Origin: Podarcis vaucheri
Taxonomy: Eukaryota
NCBI GenBank assembly: GCA_965113315.1
Contig: OZ220375.1
Length of the DNA: 64,000 nt
Reading direction: 5' to 3' (one strand)
Every line of letters begins with the position of its first letter. Position 1 is the stretch's first letter. A model generated the notes under the pieces. It was not told where the DNA came from and searched no databases. It saw nothing but the letters and a program-made list of their open reading frames with translations. The position numbers and the translations under genes are program-made. This document shows, in pieces, positions 1 through 9,350 of the stretch.

Positions 1-2149
1 GTGGCTGCTGGTTTGGATTATTTGGAGGGGTTTGTTTTGGGAAGCTAATGCCACATTTAAAGACAGACAAATGGCCCTGTGGTGTTCTCTGTGAGGATGG
101 TACTGACACCACGAGGACCTTTATCCACACAATATTGTCACTCAAAATGGCAGGCTGGCGGGGCTGCTTGGGAGGAGATTTGCTCAAAAACACCCAGACC
201 GACTATCTGTTATTTAATGGCACTGTGTTTGAGGAGAAGTGATATGGAAGTTCTGCCTGTGGTTGTTTGGCTCACTGATTCACACATGCAGAGTTGATGC
301 TCCAGTCCTCAGATGATAAATAGGCATTTGTCAACCACGCCTTAAAGAAAGAGACAAGAGTCTTAAGAGCTGGAGGTGAGGTTATCTGTACCTTTAGTAC
401 TCTCTTTCCCCCCGCTTCCTCCAGCCACACGCACAACAAAATCCAAAGAGAACCATTCAAATTAGAGCTATTTAAAACCTAAAGGTTCTGGTCTGTCCCT
501 TTAATATACATTTATTGTATTTATAATTGTATTTTTATTTAAGAAATTATGTAATCTGCCTTGAGGGCCCAGTTTGGGGACTGAACGGTGGGATAAAAAA
601 AACAACCCTTAAATAAACAGACTAAATAAAATTCCCCTCAGGTTTCCTGTGTTTCTGGATATGGAAGACTGAGTGCTGGTAATACACATATTTAATCTAA
701 AAATAGCGGGGTCAGGGCTCCTTGCTAGATGCCATGCCTGCAGATGGTTTACAAGCAGTTGGAATCTCACTGGGCCAAAATTACATAACAGTAGGCTATA
801 TAACTATAATTTTTCTTCAGTGTTTTATCTCCCTGCTACTTTTTAGATATCTTTCAGAGAAGGGACGCTTCCCCTCACAAACATCAACGCATTTTTTAAA
901 AAGTACCTCCTTACAGTTTCTACATGCTCAAAGTGCTATCAGTAGTGCCAGTATTTTTGAGCAGAAAATTGGGCATCTCTCCTAACCTGAGATAATGGTC
1001 ACAATTCAGGGAACAGTTCTGAGGATACAGTGACAGTGATTACCCAGCTTGAGGCTAACTGATAAGGTGGGCTATATCTATATCATACATAAATGTGAAG
1101 TGTAAGTTCCTGGAACTTACCAAACCTTTGTGGAGTCTCCAATGGAAATCTATTTAACAACTTTAAGGGCCAAAACTTCAAAATGTTTAGCATTGTGAGC
1201 CCTTCTTCCATTCTAGCACACAGTGGCACCTCTTAAGGTGAGGAGAGTAAAGTAGACTGAAATTTGCTGTTCTGTGTGATTAAGTCTGCTTTTCTGAGGA
1301 TGGGGAAATAGTCTTCTCCTCCTTGGTCCTGCTCTGTGCACATTTGCAGCCCACACTTGGCAGTACTCATCAAACTGAAGTGCCGTTGATGTTGCAGAAT
1401 GAAAAGTCTGTTGGGTGAAGAATTTGACTCTCCAATTCAATTGCTTGAATGCTGATTGGTCATTGAGGGTATTAGATTTTTTTTTTAAAAAGAAGTAACT
1501 GAAGATTACATTCTTGATATACCTGTATTAAGCAGGCAGGATGTATCACGCTGGTTCATTGTGTGCCTGTTGAAATGTTATTTTGCGTCAACTGTTGTGG
1601 CAAAAGCTCTTAAGGTGCCACAGGTCCTTTTGCTGTTGTTTTCCGTGAAGTGCTCTTAGTAATTGGCAACACCATCCTAACCACGTGTTCTCAGAAGTCG
1701 GTCATATTGAATCCAATGGGGCTTACCGCCTGACAAGTTTGTTTAGAAAGTACGCAGACATTTACTTTAGAGCCAGTCATGCCCCACAATATTCATTTAC
1801 TTAAAACATTTGTAGCTAAATCAAAAAATCCCAGGATGGTGTCCAGCAGTGTGAATAAAACCAATTCACAGGCAACATACAATTAAAAAAACTCCAAGAA
1901 ATAAACATAATAATATAACTCAGCAAGACAACAACAATTTAAAACTGCAACCCCATTATCCATCCTTCCTATCGCTCACCCCAATTCCTGTGCCATTTGC
2001 CGGTTGCCTGGCAGGCAGATATATGGCAAATACGCGGCTTCTCAGCGCTTCGCCTCCATGTCAGGAAAAGCTTTTTCCTGCTGATGTTTTCTGCCTGTCA
2101 AGCAACCTGCTAAAGGCGGCGAGGCTATGCCAGAAAACACGCACACCAA

Positions 2150-2910
2150 CACCGGGCAAGCTGGCAACCCCAACCGGGCTGAGAGCAGCCGCTGCGGGGT
2201 CGCGCCGCGCGCTGAGGAGCGCCCGACGGGGCACTATTTCTGCATGGCATTGAATTGCAGCAGCAAAGGGACACGGGGAGCGGGGAGGCGGCAGGATACG
2301 ACGCCGCCCCAGCAGCGAGGAAAGAGCGAGCCGAAGCCAGCACGCGCGCTCGCTCGCTGGCGCGCAAAGGCCTGTGGGCCACGGAACGGAGGGAGGGGAG
2401 GTCAGAATGCGGAGAGGATTGTGGGTAGGAGGGGAGGGCAGGAAACAGCCTTCTTCCTTGGGGAGGGAGGTTTCCGGTTCCGGCCGGGCCTGTGTGAGTT
2501 GCAGCCTGGCAGTGCCCCCTCCACTCCCCCACCCCAGTGGGACCAGAAACGCCCCCCGCGTCCGCTGGGGGCAAGGCGAGGGCCAGGGGGCTTCCCCCCC
2601 AGCACCAATCCTGCCGCACAAGGAGCAGCCCCTGCCGGGGGCGCGGAGGAGGCTGGGGCAGCGCCACACACCGGTGAGTGCGCCGTCCCTGCTCGCCCCC
2701 CCCCCGCTCGGCCGCATAGGTTGGGCCCCAGGGCCTCCCCGCCAGCCCGGCCCCGCTCCCTCGCTTGGGTTAACTTCCGTCCCGTCCTATGATTCGCCGC
2801 CCCCCGCCCCGCCCGCTCGCCCGGCCACTGCGAACTCGGTTCGCCCCCTCCCGCCCGGTTCGCCTGCGCGACCCGCTCCCTCCGCCCCCTCCCTCTTCTC
2901 CTTCTGCATC
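2150..2910. promoter_or_regulatory. ZNF865: CpG-island promoter of ZNF865; non-coding exon 1 ends at 2673
   Basis: Very GC- and CpG-rich. Tandem ETS-like TTCCGGTTCCGG at ~2472-2483, GC boxes, and a strong donor CCG|GTGAGT at 2673/2674. Confidence 0.75.
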
Positions 2911-3436
2911 CAGTAGCCTCACAGCTGGCCCCCAACCAGAAACCTGCGTTATGTCACTTTTCTCCCTTCGCTCCCCTCCCCGCCAACTCATATGCACATC
3001 CAACCTCAAGCTGGAATTGTCATCCCACATATTGACTTTTATCTTTAACCTTATAACCTAGCACGGATGACTGTTTCCTTCAAGCCTCTCGTGTATCCGC
3101 TGCTTTCCCCGTAGATGTAGTCACATTCCCACCCCATCCTGCATTTTACCTTGGTGGTCAACTCCACATTACTAATTCTAGATATAGATGGGGGCTCTTC
3201 TACTTACTGCAGGCTTGCAACCCTGCTGCCTGTTGCAAGCACCTTCCCTCACACTGTTTTCTCGTCCTGATTCTCCCCCCATGCTATTTTATTAATGTCT
3301 AGGAAACTGCCTGACACCATTTCAGACTCTTAGTCCATTTAGGTTACAGTAGTGGTTTGCAGCAACTGCCCAGGGATTCAGATGAGTCTTTCCCAGACCT
3401 CCCTGAATATGGAATAGGTTGATCCTGGGACTTTTT

Positions 3437-3497
3437 CATAGAATTGTAGAGTTGGAAGGGACCTCAAGGGTCATCTTGTCCAACCCTTGCAATGCAA
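3437..3497 (-). mobile_element. 3' tail of a CR1-tailed SINE or CR1 LINE
   Basis: catagaattgtagagttggaagggacc...tccaaccc is the reverse complement of the tail of the SINE at 41114-41264. Confidence 0.6.
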
Positions 3498-4881
3498 AGT
3501 ATGTTTTCTGTGTCTGATCCATAACCCTTCTCTTTGGATGCTTTTAAAAAAAATGGATGAAGAAAGTGTTACTCAAACCTGAGTGATAGCCACCTTCCCA
3601 AACAGATTTATTTCTAACTGCATCTACAGATTGCAGAGGTATAACCCTCACAGTGCTACTCTTGAACCTCAACACACTATTCTTACCCACCACTGACTGG
3701 TAAATGTGTTATATAATACTCCCGCCCCACTGCAGGCCCCAGGGGCATCTTGTACCCTTCATCATCAGTGTGAGGAATGACTGGACTTCTACAGTTTCAG
3801 TTAGAGCCCTCTCTGCTGCCTCCCACCCATTTCATGCCCAGGGTTATGCAGTACTTTGCTGCCCTAAATTGTAAACTGGCAGAAGCTCTTCAGGTTATGA
3901 AGAAAAGGTCATTCTCAGGTCTGCTTAACCAGATCCTTCTGTAATGGGAGATGATGTAATTTTGCACACACACACCCACACCCAAAATTGCTGCACAAAG
4001 AGTTTTATCTTGTGCCCCATAGGGATTAAGCAAAATTCCTTATCTGTGCATCTTTTTTTTTGACTTATTCTGTTCTGCTAGTGATGAAAAGGGATAAGGA
4101 TCTATACAAAACATTGCAGGCTTGATACTGGAATTTTTGCTTGGTCCTCTATTTCTCTCTCTCTGGCTATGTCACTGGGTGTAGCCCAAACATCTTAACT
4201 ACATCTGTAGTGTTTTTCATACAGGGTGCAATTATCATCTGGGAATGTAGCCAATTGAAATATTCTTCATTCATTCTTTTCCCTGTGCCACCACTTGAAA
4301 AACTTTCAGGTGTCTTTGTCCCTGCAGCACAACTGCTTTGCCTCGGTTATTGTGTGTTTGAATTGACCCTTTGTGGAGAATTAACAGGCAATTCCTGACT
4401 TGGAAAGTGTTCAGGGGAGGGGGATAAAAATGGGGGGGGCTTTATTGGAGTTATGGTGTTTCTTAAAAATGCCTTCTACATGTGGGGTTTAATGGGAATC
4501 CCCCCTCAAAAGAGAGAGGTAGATCCATGACATTTCCAGATGTATAGGGTTAAACCAACAATGCAACTTGGCTGCCAAGTATCTTAGCAAGCTTAGTTAC
4601 ATAACCCAGGAGTTCTGCCTCCTAGTGCTACGGGTTTAAATTGATGCACAAGACTCCCATTTCCTCTCTCAAGGGCAGAGGAACCCTAGTTCGTAGCCTT
4701 CCACCCTCAATCTCCTTGGTTTCTTGTCCTGCTGCTATATTCCTCCATTGTTGTCATTCTTTCAACCCAGTCCACACCCCTGAAATCCACTAAGGCCCTC
4801 GCAGCTTTCTCCTAGATGATCCTGGTCTCACTTTATCCATGCCTCCATTGCTACCTCCTTTTCTTTACCTCATTCTTGGTA

Positions 4882-5093
4882 CAGTGGTACCTCGGGTGAA
4901 ATACGCTTCAGGTTACAGACTCCACTAGCCCAGAAATAGTACCTCAGGTTAAGAATTTTGCTTCAGAAATCGCACGGCGGCGCAGCAGCAGCACGAGGCC
5001 CCATTAGCTAAAGTGGTGCTTCCGGTTAAGAACAGTTTCAGGTTAAGAACAGACCTCCGGAACGAATTAAGTACGTAACCAGAGGTACCACTG
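4882..5093 (+). mobile_element. Tc1/mariner-type MITE, family A
   Basis: TIRs CAGTGGTACCTC...GAGGTACCACTG, TA on both sides, internal GCTTCAGGTTA repeats. Closely similar copies at 31908, 39211 and 44245. Confidence 0.85.
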
Positions 5094-5857
5094 TATTCCA
5101 TTGTTCCCAGACCTCTGCTTCATTGCCCCATTTAAGGTAGATGTAAATAAGGCAGACACTGCACTGTTAATAAAATCTGTATTTTTTAATATAACTCCAG
5201 CGATAGGCATTGGGATATGTCTGTATTCAGTACAGCTCCCAGCACTTGGCTTCCATTGTTTCCTGTTGCAGTGCATTCCACTCCTCATGTATGAGAAATG
5301 TGGAGAACTGAGGTTGGATCCAAACAAGGTTAGTTGAACTTAAGTTCCATTGTTTTCAGAGGGAATTAAGCATGTCTGACTATCTTCTCCCATTGATTTC
5401 AGTGAGACCTAAGTAGGTTCAGCTAACATAGTCTGCCTCCAACCCCTGGCTTCTAAATCTTACATCTGGTGCATTATAACCCACCACATTGCCATTTGCT
5501 GAATTAGACCAGTTTTCTTTTAAATCTAGGGCAGTTTGTTAATGGAGGGGGTTGGGCTGGAAATGGGTGGTGATAGCAGTGCTGTGTACTACACAACTTC
5601 TTATCTTTGTCTTGCATGGAAAGAAGGGAGGTGGAGAAAGGGTGGGTATTTGGGATTCTTATCTAAGTATTTCCTGATACTTTAAAACTCTGAAAGTTTT
5701 CTCTCTCTGTGTAAGTATATATGCAGAAAGTTGGTAAATGCAAGAAGCATTGAAAGTAACTACAAAAATGAGGCAAATTTAAGAACCCACAAGAAGGTTT
5801 TTATTTTTTTACTTTCTGAAGTGGCTGACTCCCCACCCCTCCCCCTTTTTCTTGCAG

Positions 5858-6199
5858 GGGTCTCACATTTGACTATTCCTTTGTGGAAAGTGCATATTTG
5901 GAAGAGAAACTGTGCAGCTTGTGTGCATATAATCAGATGTGGTGATCTTGCATATCACATTAATTGTTGGTTGTACATACACTCGAAGGCCATAGCATTC
6001 CAGGGTGTGCACATGGAGATGAATATATGTGTGATCATTATACTGGAGGCTATGGTTTCCTGCTGTGACTGTACGAAACAAAACACATGCGTATGTGATC
6101 ATCATATGTGATGATTTACATCGGGTTTCCTGCTTCCTAAACAGAAGTGCCTTCCAGCCTAATGTGCAAGGCAGTCCTTGAGACGCCCTCCCCCCAAGA
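5858..6199 (+). other. ZNF865: Candidate internal non-coding (5'UTR) exon of ZNF865, strongly self-complementary
   Basis: Acceptor cccctttttcttgcag|G at 5857/5858 and donor AGA|GTAAGT at 6199/6200. Lies between exon 1 and the coding exon. Several uATGs and nested inverted repeats. Confidence 0.55.
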
Positions 6200-6332
6200 G
6201 TAAGTCAGCCAGTGCAGTGGGACCACTCTAAAGCCCTACGTGGCTTGGCCCCTACATCCTCCAGAGGCTACCTGCTTTTCTGCATCCCATTGTATCCCAA
6301 CATTGGAAGTGGATGGTAAAATGCCTCCCATG

Positions 6333-6461
6333 CCAGACTTTTAAAGCACATGGCTTCCCCCAAAGAGTCCTGGGAACTGTAGTTTGGTAATTGTAGCTTT
6401 ATGGTGTTGAACTACAGTTACCAGGATTCTTTGGAGGAAGCTATGTGCTTTAAATGTATGG
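6333..6461. mobile_element. Palindromic MITE-like element
   Basis: ttaaagcacatggcttccc...gggaactgtagtt and aactacagtt...gaagctatgtgctttaa form one long inverted repeat. Confidence 0.6.
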
Positions 6462-6878
6462 TGTGGATGTGACCGATGGTGACAATGATTTACCAAATGG
6501 TAACCTACTGCAGTGGGCCTGGGTACATCTGTCGTGTCCACCTACATGGTGGTGAGACTCTTAGGACACATTTGAAATTGAAGGGAGGTGGTGAAAAGCT
6601 CTTCTGTTCATGGCTAGATGCTGCAGAAGACCATGTGTTCCCCCTCACTGTGGTAAGTTTCTGCTGGGTAAAATGGTGGCCCGTGCTCCCCATCAGTGCC
6701 CTCTATTGATGATCATCAAACTGAACCTTTATGGAACTCCCTTCCTTTGTAAAGTCACTGGAGACCTAACTGGAGCAAATATTGACAACAGTGCAAGGCT
6801 TTTCTGTTTGGAGAGACACGTAATAGCCAGAGATAGACAAATAAGATGTTATATATGGATATTGAAATGGACCTTTTA

Positions 6879-7003
6879 CAGTAGTACCTCAGTTTTTGAA
6901 CGTAATCCACTCTGGAAGACCGTTCAAGTTCCAAAACGTTCCAAAACTGAAAACCCTGTATGGAAAACTCACTACAGAAGCCACGAAAACTGAGGTACCA
7001 CTG
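6879..7003. mobile_element. Short Tc1/mariner-type MITE related to family A
   Basis: TA|CAGTAGTACCTCAG...CTGAGGTACCACTG|TA. Confidence 0.7.
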
Positions 7004-8249
7004 TACTTAAATTTACTTACCTTCCCCTTGTCTTATCAGAAACAGATTGCCATTATGAAATATAAAATATTCACAAATGGATGAATTTCCATAAGTCATA
7101 CAGGTTGCAGAATTCTGCATTTATGGGTGCAGAATACGGGAGGATCTTGAATGCAGAATAGTTTATATTTTATTATTAGGCCCACACTGTTCTAGATAAG
7201 ATGGGCAAGTAGAAAAGCATTCAGCCTGAAGGGATGAGAAGCCCACTTCCTTGAGGCAGAATCTTTGACGCATCAATCCTATACACATTTTAGTTTGTAT
7301 CCCATCACGACCCCTCAGCCTACCTTATCTTACTGGGTTGCCATAAAACAGGTGGGGGAACCCTCTTCAGCCCAACAGTCATTCTCAAGGAGTGGGGCAG
7401 GTAAAAGTGCCATAGGTGTGCCTCATCTTCAAACAGTTGGCTATATACCAGCCATGCAAAAGCACATCCACCCATCTCTGCATCTAGGCAATTGAGACAT
7501 TACCACAGTGGCGGAACACCTTTCAGCCAAGCAAAAACCCTTGAGGAGGATGCAAATAAGGGCTGGTGAAAGGGGCGTGGCCCCAGGGAAAGGGGTGTGG
7601 CTTGGGTAGAATTCCAAGGGCTGGGTGGAGAGGGCAGTGCTTGGCCTCTGAGCCTGAGTTCCCCCCATGCCTGTTATAAAATGTGGCAGCCCCATGTATG
7701 TATTCATACCTAGAGGGGCATGTTTGGGACTATGCCATTCTATAACAATCCTGTGTGGTAGGTTAGGCAGAATAAGAGTGGCTGGTTTCAGGTGGCATGA
7801 GAAACCTTTCTAGCTGAGTGGGAAGATGGAGTTTTCCATGTTCAAACTTTCCACACTGGCTTTCAGCCCTGGTAACCTACATTGGCAGAGCCCAGCATAT
7901 TCGAGCAAGGAATGCCACTTTGCAGAGGAGTTTGTTTTAAATAGGCAAACCCCAAACTACAGGGACAAGCACGGGCTTCTGAACTCCCCAACGCGAGCCT
8001 GGCCTTGGAATGCTTTGTACCTGTGACCTCCGAGAGTCTCGTTTTTTAACCTCTGCTTAATACCAGGACTCCATAAATATTCAAAGAACTAATGCTTTAG
8101 CTGCATTGGAGCCAACTAGTACTGAATGGGTATAAACCCTGCTTGCCACTCAAAAACTGGAGGATTGTCAAGCTTAGGAGAGTGAGTCACATGTGCTCTC
8201 ATTGAGAGCAGGAACTAAAGCTTAGAGGCAGCACAGATGGTTTGAGACA

Positions 8250-9040
8250 TATCCCGGTATATTTTAAGAATGTTAGAACAGGTAAATGCCATCCATAAAA
8301 GGTTTGTGGGGCTAGAGAAACACCCCATGAAAAAAAGTTACAATATTTGGGCCCTTTTAAAAGCAATTAAGGACACAATTGAGGTGTGTAAAATGATGCC
8401 AGCATAATACAATAACCCAGGATCTTCCAATGGAATAGAAGGGTAGGAGATTTTTTTTTTTTATAAAAATTTTTATTGGTTTTTGACAATTATTATAAAC
8501 ACAAACATTACACAGTACGTACAAACAAACAAACAAACATATAAAGAAACATGTATAATTTTGAATCCTTTTTTCTTAAACCTTACTTCACCGACTTCCC
8601 CATACCTCCCCTTTCTGCATCCCAATTTCCAAATTTATTTCAGCAAATCTTACCCCTTAGTTTTATCAAATTTTCCCAGAAGGGTAGGAGATTTAGGACA
8701 GACAAAAGGAAGTCCTCCTTTACCCCACGTGTTTTCTGTGGGATTTACTTGGTGATGAGCACCGATTTAGGTGACTTTAAAATTAGATTAAGACAAATTC
8801 ACAGAGAATAAAGCTCTCCGTGGGTAGCTATCATAATGACTATATACTATTATACAACTTCTGGGATGAGAGACAGCATGCCTCTGTATGCCAGTCTCTG
8901 ATGGACAACAGCAGAGGAGACAGGTATTGCCTTCAGGTTCTGCTTGTGAGCTCTGCAGATGTTTCTGGACAGCCACTACAGAGGCTATATGCTGGACTAT
9001 TTGGCCTTTAATCTGATGCAGCGAGGTTCTTGTTCTTATA
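8250..9040 (+). mobile_element. Decayed CR1 LINE 3' end, interrupted by a younger insertion
   Basis: Remnants resemble the CR1 ORF2 end (aattgaggtgtgtaaaatgatg; ttagacaaattca) and the reptile CR1 3'UTR (atgctggacta...ctgatgcagc...ttcttat). Boundaries approximate. Confidence 0.5.
8454..8677 (-). mobile_element. 5'-truncated poly(A)-tailed retroelement (L1/Tx1-type 3' end)
   Basis: Poly-T and TTTATT at the left end. Perfect 17-bp direct repeat AGAAGGGTAGGAGATTT at 8437-8453 and 8678-8694 (target-site duplication). Confidence 0.8.
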
Positions 9041-9350
9041 CCTGAGACCCTGGAGAGACACAGCCAGTCAGAAGTAGACAATATTGGGTTTGTAGACAAG
9101 TCTGACTGAATATAAGGCGGCACCATGGTTCTTTGCAATTAATTTTAACAACTGGCAACTTTTTCTTTTTTTAAATCGGAAAATTCTTGACCCATCCCAT
9201 TGTGTAAATGGAACATATCAGATTTTTTTTTTTAAAAAAAATGGGGCCACCACAGCAAACAGTGCTGGTGTCTTGGATATGTCTGGTGTGTGTCTACATT
9301 GGTATCCCGTTTCTCTCCTTTGTCTAGGCAGTGCCCCCTCCCGGGCGGAG

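Noticed and set aside
1-340. Coding exon at the left edge of the window
   Set aside because: Minus-strand frames after the acceptor contain stops, and the short plus-strand ORFs show no recognisable homology.
1990-3061. Many overlapping Pro/Gly/Arg-rich ORFs
   Set aside because: Expected from stop-codon scarcity in a CpG island. The same applies near 24.3-25, 33.3-33.7, 39.7-40.5 and 51-52 kb.
6108-6200. C/D-box snoRNA (GTGATGA at 6108)
   Set aside because: No CTGA D box or terminal stem at a suitable distance, and the C-box-like word sits inside a hairpin arm.
9273-9350. Longer N-terminus of the 1005-aa ORF in the track (MDMSGV...)
   Set aside because: It starts at a TTG inside the intron, upstream of the acceptor at 9327. 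The homologous start is the ATG at 9351.
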